From the NCBI GenBank assembly GCA_044223005.1, contig JBGAML010000004.1, positions 224,001-288,000 on the forward strand: DNA of 64,000 bases, read 5' to 3'. Below, in pieces: positions 21,257-30,821 of the stretch. Position numbers and translations under genes: made by a program. This stretch comes from Candidatus Eiseniibacteriota bacterium. GTDB taxonomy: Bacteria; Eisenbacteria; RBG-16-71-46. The notes below the pieces were generated by a model. The model was not told the origin of the DNA, ran no database searches, and saw only the letters and a list, made by a program, of their open reading frames with translations. How positions within the stretch are numbered: position 1 is the stretch's first letter; each line of letters begins with the position of its first letter.

Positions 21257-23575
21257 CTAGAACTTGAGCGTGAACCCGCCCACGGGGAAGAAGCGGATCT
21301 GGTCCAGCGCCTCGACCTGCCGCGTCTTGGTGTTCCACACGTAGAGGAACACGTTGCGGCGGTCGAACACGTTCTGTGCCTCGAAGAACCACGTGTAGTC
21401 GAGCCCGAAGAGCCGCGTGTGCCGGTCCACGCGCACGTCGGTGCGCTGGTACTCCTTGGTCCGCGACGCGTTCACGCGCGTGAGGTCGTCGATGTAGCGG
21501 TTCTGCTGCGCCGAGGCCGGCTGCAGCGGCGGCGTGAACGGCCGGCCGCTCGCGTACGAGACGTGCGTCGAGAGCTCCCACCGCGGTGCCGGGCGCCAGC
21601 CGAGGATCAGGTTCGCCGTGCTCGGCGAGTCGTAGGCGCCGCGACGCATCACGCCGTCGAGCGCGCGGTGCCGGGTGCGCGAGTACGCGTACGACGCCTG
21701 CCCGTACCAGCGGCCCGCGAGCTTCTTCTGCGCATAGAACTCGATCCCGCGCGAGCGGCCGCGGCCGGCGCTCACGTACGGCATCAGCAGGCCGTACACG
21801 CCGTACTGGTCGCCCGTGTTGGCGAGCGTGAGCGTGGGGTAGTCGCGCGCCACGGGATAGTCCGCGTACTCCTTGTCGTACGCCTCGAGCGTCACGCGCA
21901 GGTCGGGCCGCGGCAGGTACTGCAGCCCCGCGACGTAGTGGTCCGCGCGCATCGGCGCGAGCGAACGGTTCTCGCGGAACGTCTCGACGATCGCGAGGAT
22001 CGGCTCCTGGTGGTAGCGGCCGTAGGAGAGATTGAGGTCGAGCCACGGCGTCAGGTGCGTGGTCAGGCCCGCGCGCGGCGCGAACGCCGTCGCGTCGATC
22101 GCCTCGAAGCGTTCGGCGACCCCGCCCAGCGTGAGGTCGCTCGCGCGCCCGAGGTGCCACGTGGCCTGCGCGTGCGCCGCCAGGTCCCACGAGGACGCTT
22201 CCTGCGCGAGGTCGACCGCGTTGACGCGCGTCGTGTCGGTCGAGAACGGGTTCTGCGTGCCGTAGGGCTGCTCGATCCGCAGCGACTCGCGCAGGCGCTT
22301 CGCCTGCGCGCCGAGCTTGAAGTCGCCCGCGCCGGTGCGCAGCGCGGCGTCGTACTTGACCGTCGTCTCGCCCTCGGTCGAGAGGTTGCGGAAGCCCATC
22401 GCGCCGTCCAGTTCGCCGAGGAACGCCTCCACCTGATAGCGGCCCACGGCGTCGGAGACGCCGAACGTGCCCCAGCCGCGCGTGCCCCAGAGGTGCTGCC
22501 AGTTCGCGCCGGTGACCTGCCGCCAGCCCGAGACCGCGACGTCGTCGGTGTTGGGGTCGCTGGCGTCGGACGCATCCGGCTTGATGTGGATGTCGTCGCG
22601 CCCGCCGATCGCGACCAGCCAGAGCTTGTCGTTCGAATCGAGGTCGTACGAGCCCTTCCACTGCCAGTCGGTGGTGTGCGGCACGGCGGTGAGCCCGAAC
22701 GAGCCCGCGAGCAGGTCGAGGTAGCTCTGCCGCACGCTGCCGACCCACGCGCCGCGCGTGCCGATCGGCCCTTCGCCCACCAGCCCCGCGCCCGCCGCGC
22801 TCAGGTCGAGCTGCGAGCGCATCCGCTCGCGGTCGCCGTCGCGCAGGCGCACGTCGAGCACGCTCGAGAGCCGGCCCGAGTACTCGGCCGGGAAGCCGCC
22901 CGCGAGGAACGTCGCGTCGCGCAGGAGCTCGTTGTCGAGCATGCTGATCGGCCCGCCCGAGGAACCCTGCGTGGCGAAGTGGTTGAGCGTCGGCACCTCG
23001 ACGTTGTCGACGAGCGTCAGGTTCTCGCTCGGGCTGCCGCCGCGCGCGATGAGGTCGTTGCGCTGGTCGCTGGCCATCGCGAGCCCGGGCAGCGTCTGGA
23101 TCAGGCGCAGCACGTCGCCGATCGCCCCGGGCGAGCGGCGGATCTCCTCGTACGAGAGCTGGTAGCTGGTCGTCGGCACGTCGGCCGCGCGCGCGAAACC
23201 CTTCGCGTGCACTTCGACCTCCTGTGCCTTCACCGCTTCGATCTCGAGTTCGAAGTCCGCCTGCGTGCCGCGATTGGCCGTGACGACCACGTCGGAGCGC
23301 ACGAGCGCCGGGTAGTCGATGCGCCACGCGCGCAGCTGCCACGAGCCCTCGGGCACCTGCGCGATCGCGAACCGGCCGTCCTCGCCGGTCATGGCGCCGA
23401 GCGTGGTGCCGACCACGTTCACGCTCGCACCGGCGATCGGCTGGTGCGTCGTGTGGTCCGTGACGAGGCCGCGAACCGCGCCCTTGCCCGGCGTGGTCGG
23501 GACGGCGTGGGCCGGCGCGCCGGACCCGAGCAGGAAACCCGCGAACAACAGCGTCGAAAGAGCGAGGCAGCGCAT
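21257..23575 (-). CDS. TonB-dependent outer-membrane receptor with N-terminal carboxypeptidase-regulatory-like domain
   Basis: Signal peptide, GAVRGLVTD...GRFAI, plug RGGSPSENLTLVD...GGFPAEY, NVFDRRN, C-terminal Phe. Confidence 0.92.
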   Translation of the reverse strand: MRCLALSTLLFAGFLLGSGAPAHAVPTTPGKGAVRGLVTDHTTHQPIAGASVNVVGTTLGAMTGEDGRFAIAQVPEGSWQLRAWRIDYPALVRSDVVVTANRGTQADFELEIEAVKAQEVEVHAKGFARAADVPTTSYQLSYEEIRRSPGAIGDVLRLIQTLPGLAMASDQRNDLIARGGSPSENLTLVDNVEVPTLNHFATQGSSGGPISMLDNELLRDATFLAGGFPAEYSGRLSSVLDVRLRDGDRERMRSQLDLSAAGAGLVGEGPIGTRGAWVGSVRQSYLDLLAGSFGLTAVPHTTDWQWKGSYDLDSNDKLWLVAIGGRDDIHIKPDASDASDPNTDDVAVSGWRQVTGANWQHLWGTRGWGTFGVSDAVGRYQVEAFLGELDGAMGFRNLSTEGETTVKYDAALRTGAGDFKLGAQAKRLRESLRIEQPYGTQNPFSTDTTRVNAVDLAQEASSWDLAAHAQATWHLGRASDLTLGGVAERFEAIDATAFAPRAGLTTHLTPWLDLNLSYGRYHQEPILAIVETFRENRSLAPMRADHYVAGLQYLPRPDLRVTLEAYDKEYADYPVARDYPTLTLANTGDQYGVYGLLMPYVSAGRGRSRGIEFYAQKKLAGRWYGQASYAYSRTRHRALDGVMRRGAYDSPSTANLILGWRPAPRWELSTHVSYASGRPFTPPLQPASAQQNRYIDDLTRVNASRTKEYQRTDVRVDRHTRLFGLDYTWFFEAQNVFDRRNVFLYVWNTKTRQVEALDQIRFFPVGGFTLKF

Positions 23576-23609
23576 GATCGGTGCTCCGATGGTGACTGAT
23601 GGTCTGTGA

Positions 23610-23624
23610 AATAACGGTGTTAAC
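23610..23624. promoter_or_regulatory. Putative TetR operator upstream of the TonB receptor (AATAACGGTGTTAAC)
   Basis: Matches the palindrome at 24354-24368 at 12/15 positions; AT-rich site in a high-GC background. Confidence 0.7.
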
Positions 23625-23648
23625 TGCGTTGCCAAAAAAGTGTTTCGA

Positions 23649-24299
23649 TCAGGATTCGAGCCCCGCCTCCGCGAGCGAGAACGCGCTCGAGATCATCGCC
23701 TCGCGCGTCGCCTCGTCGCCGAGGTCGGGCATCGCCAGGCAGAGCGAAACCACGCCGTGCATGAGCGCCCAGAGCGAGAGTGCCGTCCCCTGCACGTCGC
23801 GCGCGCGGATCGCGCCGGTGGACATGGCCCGATCGACCGCGGTGACGAGCAGCTCGAACGCGCTTTCGCCGCACTCGCGCTCCAACTGCTCGGGAGGGAT
23901 ACGGCTCCACACGTCGGAGCGTTGCATGAAGAGCACGCGGTACATGACCGGGTGATCGAGCCCGAAGCGCACGTACGCGCGGCCCAGCGCCTCGATCTGC
24001 GCGGCCGGATCGGGTGTCTCGGCCGCGGCCGCGCGCAGCGCCTGCGCGAATGCGGCGAAGCCTTCGAGCAGGATCGCGATCACGAGCTCGTCCTTGTCGC
24101 GGAAGTAGCGGTAGATCGTCGTCGGCGTGTAGCCGATCCGCTCCGCGAGCCGGCGCAGCGAGAAACCCTCGTAGCCGCCCTCGTCGAGCAGCTCGGCGGC
24201 GGCGCGGAACACCACGTCGCGCGTGCTCGTCTTGTGCTCGGCGCGGCGCTTCGCGCTGGCGGAACGGACGCGCTGCGTGAGGGTGGTGCGGGAAGGCAT
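23649..24299 (-). CDS. TetR/AcrR-family regulator (WHG-type C-terminal domain)
   Basis: FSLRRLAERIGYTPTTIYRYFRDKDEL HTH; LWALMHG motif. Confidence 0.95.
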   Translation of the reverse strand: MPSRTTLTQRVRSASAKRRAEHKTSTRDVVFRAAAELLDEGGYEGFSLRRLAERIGYTPTTIYRYFRDKDELVIAILLEGFAAFAQALRAAAAETPDPAAQIEALGRAYVRFGLDHPVMYRVLFMQRSDVWSRIPPEQLERECGESAFELLVTAVDRAMSTGAIRARDVQGTALSLWALMHGVVSLCLAMPDLGDEATREAMISSAFSLAEAGLES

Positions 24300-24353
24300 C
24301 TGGGGTGGCTCCCTGGGGTGCGGACCCGGCGACCGGACTGGCCGTCGCGGCGA

Positions 24354-24368
24354 GTTAACAGTGTTAAC
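24354..24368. promoter_or_regulatory. Putative TetR autoregulatory operator GTTAAC-AGT-GTTAAC
   Basis: Perfect 6-3-6 inverted repeat 55 nt upstream of the tetR start. Confidence 0.75.
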
Positions 24369-24463
24369 CTACTCTCTGAGTCGCCCCGGGGCAAGTTCGA
24401 TCGCCGCGGCTGTGGGGCCCCCGGCCTCGTGCGGCCGCCGCGGCTGCTAGGATCGGCGCCCGC

Positions 24464-26365
24464 ATGAGCACGCTCCCCGGTTCGCGCCTCGCCATCGTCG
24501 GCACCGCCGGCCACATCGACCACGGCAAGACCGCCCTCGTCCGGCGGCTGACCGGCGTCGACACCGACCGGCTGCCCGAAGAGAAGAAGCGCGGCATCAG
24601 CATCGACCTCGGCTTCGCGCCGCTCGTGACGCCTGCCGGCGTGCGCGTCGGGCTGGTGGACGTGCCCGGGCACGAGCGGTTCGTGAAGAACATGCTCGCC
24701 GGTGTCGGCGGCGTGGACCTCGTGCTGCTGGTGATCGCCGCCGACGAGGGTGTCATGCCGCAGACGCGCGAGCACCTGGCGATCGTGCGGCTGCTCGGCG
24801 TCACGCGCGGCGTGGTGGTGCTCACCAAGCGCGACCTCGTGGACGCCGAGTGGGCGCAGATGGTGGCGAAGGACGTGCGCGGTCTGCTCGCAGGTGGCCC
24901 GCTGGCCGACGCGCCGATCGTCGAGTTCTCCGCCGTCACCGGCGCCGGAACGCCCGAACTGCTCGCCGCGATCGACGCCGCTCTCGCCGGTGCGCCCGCG
25001 CGCGCCGACGCCGAGCCCGCGCGCCTGCCCGTGGACCGCGTGTTCACCGTGGAAGGCTTCGGCACCGTGGTGACCGGCACGCTCTGGCGCGGCACGATCC
25101 GCACCGGCGATGCGCTGCAGCTGCTGCCGCGCGAGCGCGACGTGCGCGTGCGCCGCGTGCAGGTGCACGGCGAAACCGTGGACGCGGCGCGCGCCGGCCA
25201 GCGCACCGCCGTGGCGCTGCACGGCGTGAGCAAGGAGGAGGTCGAGCGCGGCGACTGGCTGCTCGCGCCCGGATCGCTGGCCGCCTCGCGGATCCTGGAC
25301 GTGCGGTTCGAGCTGCTGGCCGACTACCCGCGCGAATGGAAGGTGGACCAGCGCGTGCGCTTCCACCTCGGCGCGAGTGAAGTGATCGGCCGGCTCGTGC
25401 TGTTCGCCGACGCGCCCCTGCGCGCAGGCGAGACCGCGCTCGGCCAGGTGCGGCTGGAGCGCGCCGCCGTGGCCGCGCGTGGCGACCGGTTCGTGATCCG
25501 CAGCTACTCGCCGAGCCGCACGGTGGGCGGCGGCAGCGTGATCGAGCCCGTCGCGAAGCGCCGCCGCCGCGCCGACGCCGGGCTCGAGCAGATGGAGGTG
25601 CACGAGAGCGGCTCGCTGGAAGCGCGGCTGCTCGAGAAGCTGGCCGGCATGGAGAAGATCGCGAGCAGCGAAGTACTCGCGCAGGCCGTCGGCGAGCCCG
25701 TCGCCGCGGTGGGCGAGGCGCTCGAGCGGCTCGCCCGCGAAGGCAGCGTCGCCACGCCCGCCGCCGGGCGCTGGGTGGGCGACGACCGCTGGAGCAGCAC
25801 GCGCGAACGGATCGAGCACGACGTGCGCGAATACGCCGAACGCCACGCGGCGCGCTACGGGATCATGAAGGGCGAACTGAAGAGCGCCCTGAAGCCCGTG
25901 ATGGACGGCGCCCTGTTCGACGCCGCATTCGCCTCGCTGGTCGCCGACGCCACGATCGAGCAGAAGGGCGAACGCGTGCGCCCCGGCGGCGTGCCGTGGG
26001 AGCCGCCCGCCGAGACGCTGCGCCAGCTCGAGGCCTTGGAGGCCGAGCTCGAGTCGGCCGGCTACCTCGTACCCGAGGTGCCCGCGTGGAGCGCCAAGCT
26101 GGGCAGCACCGCCGGCGAAGTCGCCGCGCTGGGCTACTTCCTGGGCCGCCTCGTGCGCGTGTCGCAGGAGCTGACGTACACCGCGAAGCAGATGGCGACG
26201 CTGCGCGCGAAGCTGAACGAGTGGTTCGCCACGCACCCCACGCTGACGGTGGGCGATTTCCGCAGCTTCACTGACGCGTCGAGGAAGTACGCGGTCCCGC
26301 TACTGGAGCACTGCGATCGGCTCGGCTGGACGGTCCGCGTGGGCGACGAGCGGCGGAAGGGGTAG
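24464..26365 (+). CDS. selB: Selenocysteine-specific translation elongation factor
   Basis: [38 protein letters not shown], and C-terminal winged helix [13 protein letters not shown]...R. Confidence 0.97.
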   Translation: MSTLPGSRLAIVGTAGHIDHGKTALVRRLTGVDTDRLPEEKKRGISIDLGFAPLVTPAGVRVGLVDVPGHERFVKNMLAGVGGVDLVLLVIAADEGVMPQTREHLAIVRLLGVTRGVVVLTKRDLVDAEWAQMVAKDVRGLLAGGPLADAPIVEFSAVTGAGTPELLAAIDAALAGAPARADAEPARLPVDRVFTVEGFGTVVTGTLWRGTIRTGDALQLLPRERDVRVRRVQVHGETVDAARAGQRTAVALHGVSKEEVERGDWLLAPGSLAASRILDVRFELLADYPREWKVDQRVRFHLGASEVIGRLVLFADAPLRAGETALGQVRLERAAVAARGDRFVIRSYSPSRTVGGGSVIEPVAKRRRRADAGLEQMEVHESGSLEARLLEKLAGMEKIASSEVLAQAVGEPVAAVGEALERLAREGSVATPAAGRWVGDDRWSSTRERIEHDVREYAERHAARYGIMKGELKSALKPVMDGALFDAAFASLVADATIEQKGERVRPGGVPWEPPAETLRQLEALEAELESAGYLVPEVPAWSAKLGSTAGEVAALGYFLGRLVRVSQELTYTAKQMATLRAKLNEWFATHPTLTVGDFRSFTDASRKYAVPLLEHCDRLGWTVRVGDERRKG

Positions 26366-26374
26366 GCTTGAGTC

Positions 26375-27238
26375 ATGAGTAGCGAGCCCTACTTCGGGGA
26401 GATCCCGGGCATTCCCCCTGGTACTGGTTTCTCGGACCGCCGAGCACTTGCCGAGGCCCGAGTACACCGACACCTGCAAGCGGGAATTACTGGCAGGGCC
26501 GAACTGGGCGCTGAGTCAATCGTCTTGAGCGGTGGCTATGAGGATGACAAAGACGGAGGAGCTTGGATCCTCTACACGGGCTTTGGCGGCCAGGATCCCT
26601 CGTCGCGCAAGCAGATCGCAAATCAGGAGCTAATAGGTGGGAATCTAGCGCTCGCCAAGAGCTGTCTTGACGGGTCGCCAGTACGCGTAGTGCGGGGAGC
26701 CGGACTACGCTCAGAGTTTTCTCCGAGGTCTGGCTACGTGTACTCAGGTTTGTTTCGAGTTGACGACTACTGGCCTGCGATAGGCAGCTCGGGGTTCACG
26801 ATCTGGCGGTTCCTACTGACTGCAGTTGAGGCGTATTCACCCCAACTGGTTCCGGGGCCGACTGGTCAGCAAGTCGCGGCCGACCGCCGACTCGTCACAG
26901 TCGAGCGAATCGTACGAAGCTCGCCGACGGCGCTCATGATCAAACGCCTCTACAACTACACCTGCCAAGTTTGCACCACTCGCTTGGCAACCAATGCAGG
27001 GCCGTATGCTGAGGGGGCACATATTCGACCGCTTGGCAGACCACACGACGGTCCGGACTCACCTTCGAACATCCTCTGCCTTTGTCCGAACCACCACGTG
27101 CTGCTGGATCGAGGAGGCTTCGCGATCGACAAGGACATGAGCCTCATCGGATTGTCTGGACGGCTGCTGATAAGCAAACAGCACAACTTGGATGAGGTAC
27201 ACCTTGCCTATCACCGGAGCCGCATTCTCCTAGCCTAG
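26375..27238 (+). CDS. SRA(YDG)-HNH modification-dependent (5mC/5hmC) restriction endonuclease
   Basis: SRA: FGEIPGIPPG, VHRHLQAGI, SIVLSGGYEDD, YTGFGG, PVRVVRG. HNH: CQVC...EGAHIRPLG...NILCLCPNHH. Codon usage is visibly less GC3-rich than the neighbours. Confidence 0.9.
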   Translation: MSSEPYFGEIPGIPPGTGFSDRRALAEARVHRHLQAGITGRAELGAESIVLSGGYEDDKDGGAWILYTGFGGQDPSSRKQIANQELIGGNLALAKSCLDGSPVRVVRGAGLRSEFSPRSGYVYSGLFRVDDYWPAIGSSGFTIWRFLLTAVEAYSPQLVPGPTGQQVAADRRLVTVERIVRSSPTALMIKRLYNYTCQVCTTRLATNAGPYAEGAHIRPLGRPHDGPDSPSNILCLCPNHHVLLDRGGFAIDKDMSLIGLSGRLLISKQHNLDEVHLAYHRSRILLA

Positions 27239-27293
27239 CGGTGGCCTCTTTGGCGGGCTTGATTGATGTCCCATTCCAGGCCAGGTTCGCGAC

Positions 27294-27539
27294 ATGCCCG
27301 CTCCGCGCATGGCCCAGGACATCGTAGACGTTCTCGTGAGCGACCTCGAGCTTGCGTTCGCCTTCTATTGCGCGGCGTCGGCGATCGTCGACGACTTCGA
27401 GGAGTTCGGGCCGCAGTTGATGGGCACCGAGACGGGGGAATACGACGCGTCGACGCCGATCGGTCAGCTCCGAGCGACTCGCAACGAGTTGATCGCGCGG
27501 CTTCAGCAACTGTCGGAGTCGCGACGCTCGAGTTCCTAG
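27294..27539 (+). CDS. Small acidic hypothetical protein (81 aa)
   Basis: Composition is protein-like rather than the Arg/Ala-rich shadow-ORF type; follows SRA-HNH and is followed by a hairpin; no family recognised. Confidence 0.45.
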   Translation: MPAPRMAQDIVDVLVSDLELAFAFYCAASAIVDDFEEFGPQLMGTETGEYDASTPIGQLRATRNELIARLQQLSESRRSSS

Positions 27540-27553
27540 CCCCCAAAACATCT

Positions 27554-27583
27554 CGCCGCGTCGCACTTTCGTGCGGCGCGGCG
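27554..27583. terminator. 13-bp hairpin, possibly a bidirectional terminator
   Basis: CGCCGCGTCGCAC-TTTC-GTGCGGCGCGGCG; on the minus strand it has a GAAA loop and is followed by AGATGTTTT. Confidence 0.55.
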
Positions 27584-27874
27584 TTGGCGTCCTGGGTTGG
27601 GGAGAGGCGCGGTCCGCGAAGTGGGCCGGCGCGTGCTCGGGCCCGGGGGCGCTGCGGGCGGGCCGGTCACCCCTCGGGCCGGCTGCCCGGTCTGGCGAGA
27701 CGCGTGTCGCGTCATCGGTGAAGAACAGGGGGGCGGAACTGTGCGATGTCCCCCGACCTCGCCAGTTCGGTCCGGAGTTCTTCGGCGCCCCCGCTTGCGC
27801 GTGAGCGTCGCTTCCCCCCGGGCGCGGGTCACCGCCCCCCAATGTCGGAAGGGCCACTTCGGCCCTTTCCGAAC

Positions 27875-27905
27875 ATTCGACGGCGCGTTCTACCGGATTC
27901 CGCAT
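27875..27905 (-). promoter_or_regulatory. ECF-promoter-like motif, copy A
   Basis: Minus strand ATGCGGAAT-ccggtaGAAcGCGC-CGTCGAAT; 26/31 identical to 30822-30852. Confidence 0.55.
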
Positions 27906-28000
27906 TCCGAGTCCGGGTTTTCATACGAACGCCCGTCGCGGCCGCCGGCCGAGGCGCGGACTCAGGAGTACCGCCATGCTCCCGCGGGAGTGCGACGCGT

Positions 28001-30754
28001 TCAGCGCGGGCGTTCGCGCGTTTCGGCGATCGACCACGCGGCCCACACTCGCGGGGGCACGGGGACCTTCGCGCGCATGGCCTCGCGGCGGGCGTTCGCG
28101 AGCGCTGCGGCAGGGTCGGCCTCGATGGCCGCGCTGGCGACGAACCGGCTCATGAACTCGCGCGTTTCCTCGTCGCCCACGTCCCAGAAGCTGCGCACCA
28201 CGGCGCGTGCGCCGGCGTCGAGGAAGGCGTCACCCAGGCCGGGCCCGGGCTGCTCGTCGGTGCGGTAGGGCGCACCGCTCGCGCACGAGGCGAGCACGGC
28301 GAGCCGGCACGCCGACAGGTCGAGGGCGCGAACGTCGCGCGCTTCCACCATGGGCGGTGCAAAGTCGGTGCGCGCGCCGGCTGCCAGCGGAATGAACCCG
28401 AGGAACGGGGCGGCGGGATCATGCACGTGATGTGCGGCGATGTAGACGTACTCCGCTCGCGGCACGGCCTCGAGGAACGCGGTCCGCGTGGCGCCGGCAC
28501 CGCGCAGCAGCGTGGCCTCGGGCCAGCGCTGGAGCGCCGCCTGCGATTCGGCGTCCGACCCGCGCAGTGATCCGCTCCACGCGTAGCGGCGTACGAGTCC
28601 CGCGGGGACCGTGGGGTTCGCCACGATCACGGCTTCGCGCGCGTCGTGTGTCGCACGCACGGACCAGCCGGCCTCGTAGACGATGTCGGTGATTTCGGCC
28701 AGCGGCGATCCGCCCTCCCGTGCAGGCGCCACCAGCGCGCCGAACGGTAGCATCAGCAGCGGGCCGTCGGGCGAGATCTCGATTCGCGCCGGCGTCCGCG
28801 CGTCGCGGACGATCTCGGTCGGCAGCAGTTCCCGCGCGAGCCGCGTCAGCAGGGCTTCGGCGCGCGGCCCGAGCACGCGGCCCGCGGCAGGCGCTTCGGT
28901 GCGCAACGCGGCGACGGTGCGCCTCACCTCCGCGAGGCACGAGTCCGCACCGAGCGCGAGCGTGTCGAGCACGACGCCGCGCGCGGTCGCGGTCCAGCGC
29001 AGTAGGTGGCCAGACGTGAAGCGATAGACGAAATGCGTGCCGGGGCCGGGGTGGCGTATCGGCGCGAACGGGTCCGATCGCGTGAATGCGCCGCGGCGCG
29101 CGAGGGAGCGCCACTCCATCTCGAATCCGTACCCGGCCGCGGGAGCGAGGCGCGCCAGTTCGTGCACGGCATCGCGCGGCGAGAGCCCGGTGGCCTCGCA
29201 CATGCCGAGCCCGCGGATGCCTTCGCGATCCGGCCCCTCGCGCCCGAGTACGCCCAGCACCTCGCGCAGCAGTGCGCGGCCGCCGGCGAGGTCGCCCGCG
29301 CGCAGCCGCAACCTCGCCCGCAGGACGCGCAGCGCCAGCCGGGCATCGCCGGCCTGCTCCGCGCCATCACGCTCGAGCCGCCGGGCGACGTCCGCTTCGG
29401 CGCGACGGGCGGCGTCGAAATGGCCCAGCGCTTCCGCGGCACGGGCGTAGCGCAGCTCGAGCGGCAGCACCGCCTCGTCGACGTGCGCCGTATCGCAGTG
29501 CGCAAGGCCGCTCGCGCACGTCCGTTCGGTCGTGACCCAGTCGCCGGCGCGCATCGCGCAGCGCGATTCGGCTTCGGCCATCACCGCGACGCCGATGCGA
29601 CGCGAACTGTTCGGTGCGCCAGCGAGGTACGGCTGCACCTCGGCGCGAGCCTGGTCCGCCTGCCCGCGCCCGAACGCCGCCCGCGCCCGGAGCACCGCCG
29701 CGTCGAAGAGCGTCTTGTCGCGCTCGATGTCGACGAAGTGATTCGGGGCGTCGCGCATCAGCACGGGCAGGCGCTGGAGCGAGCGGTCCACCAGGTTCCA
29801 GCAGTCCATCTGCGCGAACAGCTTCGCTTCGCGCACCACCAGGCGTGCGCGCGACTTGCCGACGCCGCGCGTTTCCACGAGCTCGACGGCGTCCATCAGC
29901 CGATCGGCGGCGGCCGCGGGCCGGCCCTCGTTCACTTCGTGCTGCGCCTGGAAGCTCGTCAGCCGGACGATCTGGTCCACGAAGGGGTGGGCGCGAGCCA
30001 GCGTCATCGCCTCGGCGAAGACCACCTGCGCCGAATCCTCGTGATTCCACTGACGGTGGTGTTCGGCGAGCTGGCCGAGAATCTGGCACGACATGTAGTC
30101 ATCGTTCGCGAGTCGCGCGAGCGCGCGCGCGGCCTCGAGGTTCTGGCGAAACTCGGCGCGATGGCCGATCTCCATCTCCAGCTGCGCGGCGACGAAGTGG
30201 GCGTTCTCCATGCCGATCGAATCCCGCAGCGACCGGTAGCGCTCGAGGATTCCCCGCACGCCCCTCAGGCGGGCCGCGGGGGTGATCTTCGGATCGGACA
30301 TCAGGTCGAAGATCGCGATGCTCGTCCGCCGGACGCCGAAGTCCGACAGCGGATCTCGCCGCGCGTTGGCGCGCGCGTACTGCCCCGTCACCGAGAGCGA
30401 GAAGTCCCGCGCCAGTTCGTCTCCGATCTGGATCTGCAGGCCTTCGAGCAGGTCCCGCACTTCGAGGAAACGCGTGTACGGCCGCCGCGCCATGGCCCAC
30501 TGCGCGACTTCGTAGGCGTCCATGAGCGGGCCGGTGCCCAAGGTCATGCAGTACGCCTGCCACCGGGCGTCGTCGTCGAAGCAGGCGTGCCGGACGGTCG
30601 TGGTGTCGAGCGCGGGAGCGGCGGCCAGCAGCTGCTCGAACCGGTGTTGCGCGCGGTATCGGCGCACGGCAGCCGGGAGGACGGCGAGCAGTGCGAGGCA
30701 CGATGCGGCGACGATCGCGCCCCAGGCGATTCTCCGAGGGGAGGGAGTCAGCAT
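28001..30754 (-). CDS. TPR-CHAT domain protein (caspase-like protease) with N-terminal membrane anchor
   Basis: ISPDGPLLMLPFGAL, YIAAHH (His), LAVLASCASG (Cys), AFLDAGARAVVRSFWDVGD, WAAW; helical TPR-like middle; hydrophobic IAWGAIVAASCLALLAVLP N-terminus. Confidence 0.9.
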   Translation of the reverse strand: MLTPSPRRIAWGAIVAASCLALLAVLPAAVRRYRAQHRFEQLLAAAPALDTTTVRHACFDDDARWQAYCMTLGTGPLMDAYEVAQWAMARRPYTRFLEVRDLLEGLQIQIGDELARDFSLSVTGQYARANARRDPLSDFGVRRTSIAIFDLMSDPKITPAARLRGVRGILERYRSLRDSIGMENAHFVAAQLEMEIGHRAEFRQNLEAARALARLANDDYMSCQILGQLAEHHRQWNHEDSAQVVFAEAMTLARAHPFVDQIVRLTSFQAQHEVNEGRPAAAADRLMDAVELVETRGVGKSRARLVVREAKLFAQMDCWNLVDRSLQRLPVLMRDAPNHFVDIERDKTLFDAAVLRARAAFGRGQADQARAEVQPYLAGAPNSSRRIGVAVMAEAESRCAMRAGDWVTTERTCASGLAHCDTAHVDEAVLPLELRYARAAEALGHFDAARRAEADVARRLERDGAEQAGDARLALRVLRARLRLRAGDLAGGRALLREVLGVLGREGPDREGIRGLGMCEATGLSPRDAVHELARLAPAAGYGFEMEWRSLARRGAFTRSDPFAPIRHPGPGTHFVYRFTSGHLLRWTATARGVVLDTLALGADSCLAEVRRTVAALRTEAPAAGRVLGPRAEALLTRLARELLPTEIVRDARTPARIEISPDGPLLMLPFGALVAPAREGGSPLAEITDIVYEAGWSVRATHDAREAVIVANPTVPAGLVRRYAWSGSLRGSDAESQAALQRWPEATLLRGAGATRTAFLEAVPRAEYVYIAAHHVHDPAAPFLGFIPLAAGARTDFAPPMVEARDVRALDLSACRLAVLASCASGAPYRTDEQPGPGLGDAFLDAGARAVVRSFWDVGDEETREFMSRFVASAAIEADPAAALANARREAMRAKVPVPPRVWAAWSIAETRERPR

Positions 30755-30821
30755 GCGCCGCGTGGGGTTCTCGGGGTAGTGAGCGTATCCCCCGGTCGAG
30801 GGACACACTCCATCGTGGGGT

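Noticed and set aside
10400..23599. Very long plus-strand ORFs (10400-14011, 14814-17987, 17825-23599)
   Set aside because: Arg/Ala-rich antisense shadows of well-supported minus-strand genes; expected in high-GC DNA.
24464..28000. tRNA-Sec (selC), selA/selD or UGA-recoded selenoprotein near selB
   Set aside because: No tRNA cloverleaf with a UCA anticodon found, and no gene in the window shows a convincing in-frame UGA at a catalytic Cys position (Trx, SufE and MurA all use Cys).
27964..28155. AGGAG followed by ATG at 27976 on the plus strand
   Set aside because: Gives a ~59-aa Arg-rich ORF antisense to the CHAT 3' end with no protein-like features.
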